DNA of 59,519 nt, counting the filler, from Nemertoderma westbladi (Eukaryota; Animalia; Xenacoelomorpha): assembly GCA_032718475.1 (NCBI GenBank). It is 3 parts of 3 records of this genome, joined end to end, with 100 filler letters (N's around TTAATTAATTAA, not from the genome) between each part and the next. Parts side by side here need not be neighbours in the genome. Positions count along the whole stretch, not along the records: positions 1 to 18,554 come from JAUCBJ010003702.1; positions 18,655 to 29,763 come from JAUCBJ010000673.1; 1 more part is not named here. One strand, 5' to 3'. Under the pieces are notes generated by a model. The model made no database searches and was not told where the DNA came from. It saw only the letters and a program-made list of their open reading frames with translations. Positions 12,621 to 28,433 of this stretch are shown one piece after another; within the stretch, counting starts at the first letter, position 1, and the number at the start of each line of letters is the position of its first letter. A program made the translations under genes and the position numbers.

Positions 12621-13704
12621 TATTACGTTTCTAAGTTGAAAATCAACTAGGGATAAATAATTGTTCTAATAACATAGTAGTGATAGTAAATAAATATACT
12701 GTTTGAGTGTCAAATAAATTAGTTATTAACGAGAGAAGCCAGTTGGAGAGTGAAAATATTGAAACGAGTACCGAAGTGGGATAAAGGTACTACGTACCTT
12801 ATACTTACTTACAATGGTATTTTTTTTATCATTTATAGACTTACTTATTTTAAATAACCTGAATTTATCGCGAAAAAATGCTTCAATTGTAACATTTTGC
12901 ATTACTGTAAAAAAAGTAAACTTTTCACACTCCCTTATCACTTTAATGCCCCCAAATTGGGTAAAGACCTTTAATGCCGTTAGATCAATTTATTTTATAT
13001 GTACTAAATTACATTTTTATCAGTGTATCAGTGGTTGGTTAAGAGTACCATTAAATAGCCCTAGCATAAGATTAATTTATGGAGACAGGGTAATTGCATG
13101 TATGAAACCCGTTATTTGAGCCAAACTACTGTACACTCAATGTTATTAGTTTCTTATAATGAGCCACAAAGGTTTGCCTTTGTTTCCTACATAATTTAAC
13201 AACAGTCTACCCTTCAAATACAAGTCGGATTTTTCATGCCTATTAGTTACGAATGAATATAAAGCGGTCGTCAGAATAGACAAAGGATTAATTATATAAC
13301 TTAGGATATATTCTACTGACTGAAAATAATTCAATTTCAAGTCCAATGCCAAAAATATGTTTGTTATCGAGTGTACAGTGGCCCTAGTGTATGTATAGCT
13401 AATGAAGGTCTGTGGAATTTGTTACCTGGATTTAAACCGTGTTCCCACTTACCACCTCTATGTTGCTGGCAATTCAACCTCACACTACGGAATTATTCAC
13501 TCTAAAAATGTGTTTATGAGAATCTCCGGTTATAAATTACTTGATGCCGTTAAGTGAACTTCTTGACCTTTGACTTGAAATTAGATATGAACTTGCTCCT
13601 TTCAGTGGCCATCGTGAGTATACCATATATGGGCAATATGTAGTTAATGGCTTAGTACATTTAGTACATTTATTGGTATTGGGTTTCGTTAGTTCTAGAG
13701 CGGT

Positions 13705-14170
13705 TTAGTTCTAAATCGAATATCATTAGTTCCAATCGAGCTGTCCTTAGTTCTAAATCGAATATCATTAGTTCCAACCGAGTTGTCCTTAGTTCTAATC
13801 GAGCTGTCCTTAGTTCTAATCGAGCTGTCCTTAGTTCTAATCGAGCTGTCCTTAGTTCTAATCGAGCTGTCCTTAGTTCTAATCGAGCTGTCCTTAGTTC
13901 TAATCGAGCTGTCCTTAGTTCTAATCGAGCTGTCCTTAGTTCTAATCGAGCTGTCCTTAGTTCTAATCGAGCTGTCCTTAGTTCTAATCGAGCTGTCCTT
14001 AGTTCTAATCGAGCTGTCCTTAGTTCTAATCGAGCTGTCCTTAGTTCTAATCGAGCTGTCCTTAGTTCTAATCGAGCTGTCCTTAGTTCTAATCGAGCTG
14101 TCCTTCGTTCTAATTATAAAAGCACAAACGTCCTTAGTTCTAATTATAAAAGCAAACGTCATTAGTTCCA
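13705..14170. repeat. 21-bp minisatellite (GAGCTGTCCTTAGTTCTAATC)
   Basis: About 15 perfect central units with diverged flanking units. Confidence 0.95.
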
Positions 14171-14611
14171 ATGTAAATGGAATAATCGGTCACTTTTAAT
14201 CCAAGTGTCAGTAATTCTAAACTTATTTCCAATGCAATACACCCAGTTTGTTAAATTTTGCTATAATAATAATAATGGTAGTAGTATGTGTCACAACCAC
14301 AGCGGTAACGAAACATAAGGAGACCCCGATGAGTGCTGACGAGACAGCATAGAAACTGTAGAGAACGCCTTGGATCCCATGTAACACAAGATAACTGTAA
14401 TCATCATCTTGTGCTTCGATATTTAATTATATTATAAATTAATATGAATGTTAGTTGTTTTGTTTAATTCTACAAATATGTTTGGCTGTCATTTATTGAG
14501 AATATTATATTTATGTACATTTGAAGGTATTTACTACTTAGTAAATAAAAAGTGAATATTTCTTTCAATATTGCCGATTAATTTCCGTACTGCGGGTTGA
14601 TATAGACTTAA

Positions 14612-14876
14612 GGCCCGTTCACAGTCATCGGGTTTCTTTGCGGTAACTGGTCGTCTATCTGGGGTCACAGTTAAGGTTAACATTCTAGACAATCATTTTA
14701 TTAACATTATTACAACGGGCTGCGGTAAACCGCACGGTGTACTGTACCGCACAACTACCTGTTGGGTCGTTTACAGTCAACGGTAATCAAGATCAATTAC
14801 CGCTCAGACACCGCAGGGTCGTTCAAACTCAGCGGTGTACTGCTGCCCCTGTAGTACACCGCGCGGTGAACGGGCG
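14612..14876. mobile_element. PIF/Harbinger-like MITE
   Basis: TIRs GGCCCGTTCAC / GTGAACGGGCG (10/11 match). TAA on the left; the right TSD is degenerate. Confidence 0.5.
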
Positions 14877-15206
14877 TTCAATTTTTTCTTCTTTTAGCTT
14901 CACAAAATTGAAGGTTCACTTATGTTTATCATAAGTGAACGTTGAGTATTGTATTATCAAGGGATGCTACTATTTTTTCCTTATTTTGTGTTGTGGTTTG
15001 GTGACATTTGAACGACTTAGACTGACAAAAAGAATAATATTAGATAATAAACAAAAATTTAATACTTAAAAAATAATATAATATTAAATCTGAAGTCAGT
15101 CAGTTGACATTGACATAAATGTGCCAAAAGTGTCATATTTTAATATTAATACAGTATTAACTGAATTGCATCATTATAGTTCATTAATTATTTTTTATCC
15201 ATTGAT

Positions 15207-17801
15207 TCATAAGTCACTTATAATTCTCTCGTCATCTTTTTCAGCAACATTCCCACCATTATCAGTTTTACCTTCACTTTTTCTAAATGACTCCGTCTTG
15301 ATAAAATTCCTCAGACTAATGTCTTCGAAGGAAGATATACTTAAGACATCTTTGCAATTTTCTGAGCTCTTGTCATCAACATTTGAGTCCTCTTTGTCTA
15401 AAACAGTTTGCGTTCCTTGGAGCTTCCCTAAACTAATGTCGTCATAAGAAGAAATACTTGTTATATCTTTGCAATTATCTGTGCCATTATCACCATCATT
15501 TGAGTCCTCTAGCTCTATAAAAGTTAGAGTTCCTTCCAACTTTCTTAGACTAATTTCGTCATATGAGGAATCATTAACATTTTCATCAAAATCTTGTTCC
15601 AATGTTTTGGGTTCACAAAGTTCATATATATTTCCCATTCCATCACCTTTTCTGGATAGTTCTAATGTATCAGTTTCTCCGACTATTGCTAATGTTTCGG
15701 TGTTTACAGTCCTCTCGATTTCTTTTGTTGATAACTCTGGCAACAAGGTGTCACCCTCAACTGGGTTGTCTGCTAACAAGGTCTCACCCTCAACCGGGTT
15801 GTCTGCTAACAAGGTTTCACGCTCAACTGGGTTGTCTGCTAATAAGGTCTCTCCCAAAACTGTGCTGCCTGCTAACAAGGTCTCACCCTCAACTGGGTTG
15901 TCTGCCAACAAGGTCTCACCCTCAACTGGGTTGTCTGCTAACAAGGTCTCACCCTCAATTGGGTTGTGTACTAACAAGGTCTCACCCTCAACTGGGTTGT
16001 CTGCTAACAAGGTCTCACCCTCAACTTGGTTGTGTACTAACAAGGTCTCACCCTCAACCGGGTTGTCTGCTAACAAGGTTTCACGCTCAACTGGGTTGTC
16101 TGCTAATAAGGTCTCTCCCAAAACTGTGCTGCCTGCTAACAAGGTCTCACCCTCAACTGGGTTGTCTGCCAACAAGGTCTCACCCTCAACTGGGTTGTCT
16201 GCTAACAAGGTCTCACCCTCAATTGGGTTGTGTACTAACAAGGTCTCACCCTCAACTGGGTTGTCTGCTAACAAGGTCTCACCCTCAACTTGGTTGTGTA
16301 CTAACAAGGTCTCACCCAAAACTGGATTATCTGCTAACAAGGTCTCCCCCTCAACTGGGTTGTGTACTAAAAAGGTCTCACCCCCAACTGGATTATCTGC
16401 TAACAAGGTCTCCCCCTCAACTGGGTTGTGTACTAACAAGGTCTCACCCTCAACTGGGTTGTGTACTAACAAGGTCTCACCCTCAACTGGGTTGTGTACT
16501 AACAAGGTCTCACCCTCAACTGGATTGTCTGCTAACAAGGTTTCACGCTCAACTGGGTTGTCTGCTAACAAGGTCTCACCCTCAACTGGGTTGTGTACTA
16601 ACAAGGTCTCACCCAAAACTGGGTCGTCCGCTAACATGGTCTCACCCTCAACTGGGTTGTGTACTAACAAGGTCTCACCCAAAACTGGGTCGTCTGCTAA
16701 CAAGGTCTCACCCACAACTGGGTTGTCTGCTAACAAGGTCTCAACCTCAACCGGGTCGTCTGCTATCACAGTCTCACCAACAACCTGGCTGTCTGTTATC
16801 AAAGTCTCAACTAAATCGGTATTTGCATATGTCTGTCCCGTTTTCTCTAAAAAATCTTTCAGTGATGTAGAGTTTTGCAACTTTTCGTCCGAATCACTTA
16901 GAGTTCGATTCGATTTTATTGCATCTGCGATATGACAATCTGGTGCGCTCTCTATGGATACTACATTAGGCAAGTTCGTTACTTGTGCAGATATTCCAAT
17001 GGGATCCGTTTCCAATGTGGATATTGCTTCTGGTACTCTATTTAGTACTTCTTGAATACCTTCATCTGGTACATTAACATCTGCAACTGTTTCAACCACT
17101 GTCCCAGTGCCCACTTCTTCTGCTACTTTGGCTGTAGCATTTGCTGCCAAAGGTGTTGAACATGATTCTCCTACCGTAGTTATAACCTGCGGTACTGTAG
17201 TTGTCACTTGTTTTCCAGTTGGTATATCCTCTGTTACAGATGTTATTATATCTTTTTCAAACGCGTTTGACTGTGGCTCTGTCACACTACTAATATCTTG
17301 TTGTAAATCTTCTGTAACATCTGATTTTGCATTAGAATTTTCCACAATACATCCCACATCTGTATTAATAGATTTTTTCTCAGACCCCGCCGCACAGAAT
17401 CCCTCAGTCTCGTTTTCTGATGAACAATCCTTGGTATTCTCCCGACTCTCTGACGCCATATATGCAACATCCCAGACGTCATTAGAATTTCCAACATCGT
17501 CTCGGTTAGGACAATTTCTGTCGATTTCCTGTGTATCGGAATCGGCGTTTCGTGGTATTTTGCTCGCATTGAGTTGATTCTCACCTGGCGATTCAATATT
17601 TGGTAAAACATTGACATTCACAGGTTCGTTCAGATCGTTTGTGGGTTGTGATACAACAACACTGTCCACTTTATCAGAGTTGTGTGCTCCAGTAACTGTT
17701 TCATCGGTGGCAGCTACTGATGAACTCCCATTACTCGATCGATCTCGCTTAGTAAGAATATTGAGGCATGACCTTAAGCTGCACATTACTTTAATCGCCA
17801 A
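15207..17801 (-). CDS. Acidic, probably disordered 864-aa protein with 11-aa tandem repeats; function unknown
   Basis: Long ORF whose non-repetitive parts on both sides are also open. It opens right after an acceptor-like TTACATTTGTCATAG; first ATG at codon 6. Confidence 0.75.
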   Translation of the reverse strand: MAIKVMCSLRSCLNILTKRDRSSNGSSSVAATDETVTGAHNSDKVDSVVVSQPTNDLNEPVNVNVLPNIESPGENQLNASKIPRNADSDTQEIDRNCPNRDDVGNSNDVWDVAYMASESRENTKDCSSENETEGFCAAGSEKKSINTDVGCIVENSNAKSDVTEDLQQDISSVTEPQSNAFEKDIITSVTEDIPTGKQVTTTVPQVITTVGESCSTPLAANATAKVAEEVGTGTVVETVADVNVPDEGIQEVLNRVPEAISTLETDPIGISAQVTNLPNVVSIESAPDCHIADAIKSNRTLSDSDEKLQNSTSLKDFLEKTGQTYANTDLVETLITDSQVVGETVIADDPVEVETLLADNPVVGETLLADDPVLGETLLVHNPVEGETMLADDPVLGETLLVHNPVEGETLLADNPVERETLLADNPVEGETLLVHNPVEGETLLVHNPVEGETLLVHNPVEGETLLADNPVGGETFLVHNPVEGETLLADNPVLGETLLVHNQVEGETLLADNPVEGETLLVHNPIEGETLLADNPVEGETLLADNPVEGETLLAGSTVLGETLLADNPVERETLLADNPVEGETLLVHNQVEGETLLADNPVEGETLLVHNPIEGETLLADNPVEGETLLADNPVEGETLLAGSTVLGETLLADNPVERETLLADNPVEGETLLADNPVEGDTLLPELSTKEIERTVNTETLAIVGETDTLELSRKGDGMGNIYELCEPKTLEQDFDENVNDSSYDEISLRKLEGTLTFIELEDSNDGDNGTDNCKDITSISSYDDISLGKLQGTQTVLDKEDSNVDDKSSENCKDVLSISSFEDISLRNFIKTESFRKSEGKTDNGGNVAEKDDERIISDL
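15742..16810 (-). repeat. 33-bp coding repeat (ETLLADNPVEG), ~32 copies
   Basis: Read directly; includes a duplicated 8-unit block. Confidence 0.95.
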
Positions 17802-18554
17802 CTATGACAAATGTAAAGTATGTAACAATAATGTATCCATGGCAGATTATATACCCTCATAGTCGTTATCCTGTTACGTTATCTTGCAAACTATTCTGAA
17901 AATTGACAAAATATAATTCCTTAGACGATTATTCTTCGTAAATGAAGCATTTATAGTAGAAGTAGTTAGAAGTAGTTGAAACTAAAATTACTATAATATA
18001 GGGTAACATATGACTTAATATTGTAACATAAATCACGATCTATTATATATAGATATCCTTAGTAGATCAATATCAATAATTTTTGTAGGTAAGTATCGTA
18101 TGATGATCAACTGATTTTATGAGTTATTTGATAAAGTTACACTGCAATATACTACTGACTTACTGCACATCGTATTATATAGGCCTACAGTACATGGTCC
18201 AATACTTATAACACTAAATGGGAACTTCGCGCGTGTTTATTAATTTTTATACAAAATTTATCGATATTCATGGATGATATATGTTAACTAACATATAAGT
18301 AAGTGGGACGTGTCGCCATGTGTGTTTCTCTCCTGTTTACTGACTTCTAAGTTTGCAGCAGTACTTTGCCAATTCATAGGCCTGCAGCTTAATGTAGCAG
18401 GTTACTGGCATATGCTCCTTTAATTCTTATTAACTGAATGAATATAAAAGCTGATTACAACTTGCCAATTCACGTTGTATAATAAATATTAACACGTGAT
18501 TGACTGAAACATTACGGTGCTTAGGGGGTGGGGGGGGGGTGGGATTGGGTGGCT

Positions 18555-18654
18555 NNNNNNNNNNNNNNNNNNNNNNNNNNNNNNNNNNNNNNNNNNNNTT
18601 AATTAATTAANNNNNNNNNNNNNNNNNNNNNNNNNNNNNNNNNNNNNNNNNNNN
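18555..18654. other. Artificial contig spacer (N44-TTAATTAATTAA-N44)
   Basis: Six-frame stop linker, exactly 100 nt. Confidence 0.95.
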
Positions 18655-18659
18655 TGGCC

Positions 18660-19593
18660 GAGTGGTGCAGCATGCAGACAGTGGTGCAGCGTGCAGACAG
18701 TGGTGCAGCGTGTAGACACCTGGTGCGGACAGTGGTGCAGACAGTGGTGCAGACAGTGGTGCAGACAGTGGTGCAGACAGTGGTGCAGACAGTGGTGCAG
18801 ACACTGGTGCAGACAGTGGTGCAGACATTGGTGCAGACAGACATGCCGACACTGGTGCAGACAGTGGTTCAGCCACTTGTGCAGACAGTGGTGCAGACAC
18901 TGGTGCAGACAGTGGTGCAGACACCTGGTGAAAATACTGAAATACCAGAGTACCACAAAACACAATACCACCAGGCACTATTATATTATATTTTATCATA
19001 GACTGATAGACTTTATTATCTACAAATATGCGAGTAACTACTGAAAGGTTCTACATGAAGTAGGGAGGACGTATGTGTAGTACAAGTCGAGGTGCGTGCG
19101 GGTGAATGTGCCCTGATTACAAATAATTATAAGAGGTGTGTACGAAAGTAATTAAGTGCAGACTGCACCAGGTGCCTGCACCACTGTCTGCTCCACTGCC
19201 TGCACCAGTGTCTGCACCACTGTCTGCCCCAGTGTCTGCACCACTGTCTGCACTAGTGTCTGCACCACTATCTGCACCACTGTCTGCACCACCGTCTGCA
19301 CCACTGTCTGCACCACTGACTGCACCACTGTCTGCACCAGTGTCTGCACCACTGTCTGCACCAGTGTCTGCAACACTGTCTGCACCAGTGTCTGCAGCAC
19401 CGTCTGCACCAGGTATCTGCACCACTGTCTGCACCAGTGTCTGCACCAGTGTCTGCACCACTATCTGCACTACTGTCTGCACCAGTGCGTGCACCACTGT
19501 CTGCACCAGGTGTCTGCACCACTGTCTGCATCTCTGTCTGCACCACTGTCTGCATCTCTGTCTGCACCACTGTCTGCTCTGCACCAGTGTCTG
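18660..19593. repeat. Two arrays of a 12-bp satellite (GCAGACAGTGGT) in opposite orientations around a ~230-bp spacer
   Basis: Left arm ~18660-18930; right arm ~19160-19593 is the reverse complement. Confidence 0.9.
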
Positions 19594-21047
19594 CTTAACG
19601 TTTACACTCCAAAATTAATTAGTACAACCTGACAACGATGGACAGATTGATTAGTCTTACTGTCTTCTGGTCTTAGCTCAATCAGTCAATGTAATATTTG
19701 GAATATTTAGCAAAGTTTGCTCCTGGCTTCTGCAGTATCAATTGCAGAAGCCGAACCGAACAGAAATTGCCAAACTTCGGCCCGAACCGAACCGAAGCCG
19801 AAGCTTCTGTTGAGCCCTAGTCAAGTACACCCTGAAGTATACCATTGCATTTCCAATAAGCATAAAATGAGTCAAGTACCACCACTAAAAGTCAACAAAG
19901 TGATATATATATACAGACAGACAGATATATCATCTCGCAATAGCACAAGATCTTGAATTGTAATATGAAATATACACCATGACTGCAAAAGTACTGATGA
20001 TTTGGTCATAAAATGTGATTATTGTGCAACTAAATTATACATTGCTGTTTCAATGAACCCAAAATGAGACTCAAAAGGCCAGAACACCTCTAAGAAAAAG
20101 AAAGCCTACAATAAGAATTATTCACATATACTTAGCAATCTATCACATCGCGATTAGGACGAAGTCTTGGCTTGTGAAATACAGGCCATAACCAATACAG
20201 TAGCTTCATAATACTGATAATTTGGTCTTAAAAGTCAAAGTTAAAACATGCCTCTAGCTGTCTAGTACAACTAAATCGACTATTGTGGTTCCAATGAAAC
20301 CAAATTAAAGGAGCAGGTTACAGACAGACAGACAGACAGAGGCGTGCTGGGCAGTTGGGGGAACCAAAACAATAAACGAAAGTTAACACATGTTACAAGA
20401 TTATGCAGGTTACTTAATTCAGTAATCAGGTAATTGGGTCTTCGTTCTTCAGTTCTTTGTTTTGTACTCACCAAAATGTTTCTTCCTGTAAATAAAGGAA
20501 GCATTTCATCTGAAATAAATATATGTTACATTTGGGCTTAGTAATTTGTAGATCGAATGTAACATAGTTATAGGATCCAACTGCTGAACTGTCAAATGTA
20601 ACATATTTTAGGTTACGATCGATTCGTAAATACTATGTTACATTAGATCCTGACCTGATTGCTGATTACGTTTGGTCTTTCACCCGACGGGACAGCCAAA
20701 TAGTACTATGACTAGTAGGGCCTACAGTAGTAGAAGAGAAGTAGCCCTACTAACTAAATGATTATTAGGCAGTTAGGATAAGACAATAGGCCTATTATTA
20801 CAGTATTAGGAAATATTATTTAAGTCTTCTGGTCTTAAGTAGGCCCAAGGCCAGGCCTAAGTACCTAGGTAGTAGGCTGGTAGGTACCGGTACCTGTAAT
20901 AATATTTCTAGAAAATTTGGTAGCTAGCAAAGAAATTGTAAAAATTAAGCTGCATATCCTACCTATCTAGCTAAGTGCAGTAGTGACGACCTGTCTTAAT
21001 TCAATGTATGTCTGTATGTTACTGTTGAATGTTTCAACTACACAATA

Positions 21048-22937
21048 ATGTCTTCGATTGCTACAGCGTCTCTACAATCTCATCTAGAATTCGATTGGCT
21101 CTTTCTTCGTCGTTTTTTTGTTATTTTTAGGATTACATTTCCTACCATATTTTCCAAAACCGGGATCATCTACGGCTGCCTAATGGCTATGATAATTCTA
21201 GAACAATTTGCTGTATACCACGTGGGCCTTATACCCAGCAAGTATATCAGTTTCTTAGCTAACCCCGTCACAATGCATGGCCACCGAACTGAATTCTATT
21301 CTTTATTAGCTTTATCGACTGCTTTGGTGATTGTCACTTCCATATTGATCTCTTGTAAGACATATATTATGGGTTTAGCTTATATTCAATTTCGCTACCT
21401 GCTATCTGTTCGACTTCATAAAGACTATTTATCAAACTTGCTATATTTTAAATTGAATGTCAGTTTGTTAAACTCGAGTATTGATAATTGCGATCAAAGA
21501 ATTACTCAAGATGTTGAGAGATTCTCCAAAGAGTTGAGCAACTCAATATCTGATTTATTAGTTTCACCTTTCATTATTATTTTTTATTCCTATCAATGTT
21601 TCACAATTACTGGTTTTATTGGGCCATTATCTGTATTTGCCTACTTTGCTTTGGGATCAATTGTAAATAAATGTTTGATGTCTCCTATTGTGAAGCTACT
21701 CTTTAACCAAGAAAAGCTTGAAGGAAATTTCCGTTATCAGCATACAAATCTACGGAAGTATTCAGAACCTATTGCTTTTTATAAATCAGAAAGCACTGAA
21801 GAATTTAAGCTGAATGCCAGATTAATTTCTCTTGTTTCAACTCAACGCAAAATAATTAACCGTGAGCTATTACTCAATATATCAGTGAACTCCTATAATT
21901 ATCTTGGAGGAATATTCAGTTATCTTATTCTTTCAATTTCCGTTATGAATGGTTATTATGACAACCTAAACGCATCTGATTTGGCTGTTTTGATATCTCA
22001 GTATGCTTTTATATCGATTTATTTAATATTTTCGTTTTCAAAGTTGATTAATCTCAGTCTTGCATTTGTTGATATAGCGGGATACACTCACCGCATAGTG
22101 CAAGTGTTGGAAGCTTCAAAGAATAATGTTTATGAATCTAATAGTAGGACTGATAATTGTTTTGATTCTTCCAGCATTCGTCTTAGTGATAGTTCAACTT
22201 TCTTTAAATTACATAGTGTCAGTTATGGTCCACCAAATACAAGCCAACCACTGATCAATGAACTAACAATTTCATTGGCAAGTAAGAAAAATGTGTTGAT
22301 TAAGGGTCCAACTGGGTGTGGCAAATCCTCATTGCTTCGTGTTATCTCAGGACTATGGCCAATTCAAGGAGGTTCTTTACAAAACCACCCTAACATGAGA
22401 GCCGACTCTGTCTTTTATCTCCCACAGGAGCCCTATCTTACAGATGGATCCTTAGCCGACCAAATATATTACCCTAATAACTTCAATGCTGGTAATTTAG
22501 ATGCAGCTACCAACGACGTCATTTGTAACCTACTCAATAATGTTGGTTTGAGTTATTTAATGTCGCGTTTTGGAGGATTAGACACCGATCTTGGGTTTCA
22601 GTGGGCGGTGATTTTAAGTCCTGGTGAATCTCAGCGTTTGTCATTTGCTCGAATGTTGTTCCATAGACCGTTATTGGCACTGTTGGATGAATCCACATCT
22701 TCTGTTGACTTGGATACACAGGACCTTTTGTACAATCTTTGCCACAGCAACGATATAACCTTGGTTAGTGTTGGGCATAAAGTATCTCTGTTGAAACACC
22801 ACCAGGAGTTGCTACAGTTCGATGGGCAGGGCGGGTGGAGTCATAGTGTAATAGATGAAGGACGACCTTCCACAGTCATTAATTCTTCCGTATTATATTC
22901 ATTGTCATTGAATCCGTCAATCAATGATGCTGATTAA
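21048..22937 (+). CDS. ABCD4: ABC half transporter, subfamily D member 4-like (lysosomal cobalamin exporter family), intronless
   Basis: TM domain with DNCDQRITQDVERF and an EAA-like SEPIAFY. Walker A GPTGCGKSS, signature LSPGESQR, Walker B LLDESTS, SVGH. Short N-terminus as in ABCD4. AATAAA downstream. Confidence 0.9.
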   Translation: MSSIATASLQSHLEFDWLFLRRFFVIFRITFPTIFSKTGIIYGCLMAMIILEQFAVYHVGLIPSKYISFLANPVTMHGHRTEFYSLLALSTALVIVTSILISCKTYIMGLAYIQFRYLLSVRLHKDYLSNLLYFKLNVSLLNSSIDNCDQRITQDVERFSKELSNSISDLLVSPFIIIFYSYQCFTITGFIGPLSVFAYFALGSIVNKCLMSPIVKLLFNQEKLEGNFRYQHTNLRKYSEPIAFYKSESTEEFKLNARLISLVSTQRKIINRELLLNISVNSYNYLGGIFSYLILSISVMNGYYDNLNASDLAVLISQYAFISIYLIFSFSKLINLSLAFVDIAGYTHRIVQVLEASKNNVYESNSRTDNCFDSSSIRLSDSSTFFKLHSVSYGPPNTSQPLINELTISLASKKNVLIKGPTGCGKSSLLRVISGLWPIQGGSLQNHPNMRADSVFYLPQEPYLTDGSLADQIYYPNNFNAGNLDAATNDVICNLLNNVGLSYLMSRFGGLDTDLGFQWAVILSPGESQRLSFARMLFHRPLLALLDESTSSVDLDTQDLLYNLCHSNDITLVSVGHKVSLLKHHQELLQFDGQGGWSHSVIDEGRPSTVINSSVLYSLSLNPSINDAD

Positions 22938-23817
22938 ATTCAATACCGAACATTTATAAATAAATACACATATTAGATAATGCATTTCATACAAATCTTC
23001 GGAACGACAAATGGTTTAATTAGTGCACGTCATTAAGTATAGCTAATTAAACCTCTGAAATTCTGTGAAGATTTTCTATAATTGCATTATTACTGACTGT
23101 GTTTTTTTTACAATTTCTTATAATTTACCGCTATATGTCGTTTTTTAGATTGATTTTACACTACGTTACCACATTTTAATCAACGATGAGATGAAGTGGT
23201 ATGGTCTAGCCAATGGTGTCATAGAGTAATTCAAATTCATATTATAATCTAATTATTAATTAATATTTTAATCAAAACTACGGTACTTTACATGATTTAA
23301 TTACTTGATTTAATTAAGATAATATAGGATATTCTAATATGGTGACCTGGATCAACCTTTATTAAAGATGATGCATTATTATAGCGCTTATGATTGTGAG
23401 CTATAACTGCGAGGTTTTATTAATTTACATACTTTTTAAAGAGTTATATATTCTAGATGCAGATAATCTTGCAAAAGTCGTGGATGATTTTTCGATAAGC
23501 CGTCATAACATCCTCAATACATCTGCAAAGGATCATTCCGATTATTGATAGATGGATAGATAAACTAAAAACTTTACTACCAGTTTGGTAATTATTCGGG
23601 TATCCAACTGATAATTATTTATAATGTAGTTTTTAATTTTTTTATGAAAATATTGTTTGCATTATTTATATATATATTTATTTGTGTGTATATATATGTA
23701 TATATATATATACAATATACATACCCTAGTACTGTACCGGTATATATACTAAAATATGTAATCATTAATCATATATATATAGTATATGTAATACTGGATA
23801 TGTAAAGTAGTGTATAT

Positions 23818-24655
23818 TAAGGATGCGACAGAGCTAAAATTTCATTCGGAGCCAGAACCCCGAGGTTCCTCCAGGTTACAATATGAGCTCCGGTTGGAGC
23901 CGGAGGTTTGGTGATTGATAATTCCAGTGTAGTATTGTAATAGACATAGACTAGACAGATATGTGTTAATGAGACAGGGGGGGCGGGGATTTAATGCAAA
24001 TTCTTACGCGGCGAATTAATATCTTGCCTCAATGTTAAATTATCAATTAAGGGAAATGAGCAGTTTACAGTCGCATGCTATTCTGGCTTCTATAAACTAC
24101 CAACAACCAAACAACAAACATGTATCAGAAGTACTGCATCGTTAGGTCACTTCGCTGCAGATATCGTAATATTTTGTAGTTCTATTGGAGAAACAATGGC
24201 TGCTGCAAAATGGTACATCACCCAATGGCTATCTGTGACGAAGCCAAAAAAACTATATTTGGGGGGGGGGGGGGTGCGGGTAACTACTCTACCGATATCA
24301 AAACAACACAGGACATAATTATGACCATCACTAATTATGTCTATAATTTCTGTCAGGTAATGCGTCATAGGTCCCTTCAGCCCTTGGTCATGAATCGTTT
24401 CAATGTTTTTGTTCAAACATTTAAACCAGTTCACAAGGGGGTTGGCGATTTTTCAGGAAACTTAAAAAAAAACAAGCTGTAAATTACTTAAGAGTTATTA
24501 TGTTAATTACTTTGATATTTACATTATTCATACATCAGGATAACTTCAAATTCAAAAATTTCAACAATATATGTTCCGGATTGGCTCCGGGTTAATTTGC
24601 CTGGACCAGAAAATTGGCCCGGATTTATGGAGCCGGAGCTCTGTCGCAATCCCTA
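23818..24655. mobile_element. Non-autonomous hAT-like element
   Basis: Imperfect TIRs TAAGGATGCGACAGAGCT / AGCTCTGTCGCAATCCCTA, subterminal GGAGCCGG/CTCCGG repeats, 8-bp flanks GTGTATAT vs GACTATAT (6/8). Confidence 0.65.
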
Positions 24656-25544
24656 GACTATATATTATACCGGGGACCGATTCGGTCACCTTCTACATTT
24701 GTTATCGTCATGGTGTATTTCAGTTTGTAGTAAATCATATAATAAACATCAAACATTATACGCATTATGTATACCGGTATTTAAATTATTATTTATTATA
24801 TATTTAGAAATCATATATATTAATAATTTAAGTATTATATAATTTTTTGTAATTTTGTTACGGAATTATTATTGTATTATGTGAGATTGGAAAAACATGA
24901 TTCATGTTGAAATCAACATTAAATCCCGATTCTTTCGTATTTTTCAATATCACATCATTAGGCGTACGCATATTCTCTTGATTCTCTCTCTACTATATTA
25001 TTATCAAATACCATAAAATTGTTGCAAGAAATTAATTTAATGGAAAAAAATATATGTTATTATTATATCCTAACAGTTTGAAATCGTTAGGTCACATTTT
25101 CTGCCTGCCGTTAATGAGTTAGTTATCAACCCACCACCATGTGAAAGTGTCTTCTAAAATGAATTTAAAAAAACGTATTGCACTTTTTTAATATTTTTTT
25201 CTTTACCTTTAATGATGAGAAGATTATATTCGTAATACATTGGTGCGAACCAATACAATATGATGTCCAAAATAAGAGTTATATAAAAGTCACAGAGCTA
25301 TAATACCTCAGTTCATAGTAGTCTCACATGAATTGCATTCTATTTTCCTATATTGCCATTAATCATAAATTGTTTGTGTAGCCCTGTATGTATATGTAGG
25401 CATATCCCTCTATTGGCTATTGCTATACCTACCGATACCCTAGAGTTATACAGTAATTGTCATAACATCTGGCAATTTTGGTTAGACTTTTTCATGTTGG
25501 ATCTATTTATTATATTTAGGCCTATAGTATAATGTGATAACTGA

Positions 25545-28433
<2,889 letters not shown>

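Noticed and set aside
13695-14199. ORFs in the 21-bp minisatellite
   Set aside because: Open frames result from a stop-free repeat unit.
15469-16935. 488-aa and 422-aa plus-strand ORFs
   Set aside because: Antisense shadows of the 33-bp coding repeat.
18599-19632. Cys/His- or Ala/Pro-rich ORFs
   Set aside because: Translations of the 12-bp satellite, open in nearly all frames.
19750-19820. CCGAA-repeat segment ending in CCCTA as a hAT MITE
   Set aside because: Only one end is visible and it is too short to support a call.
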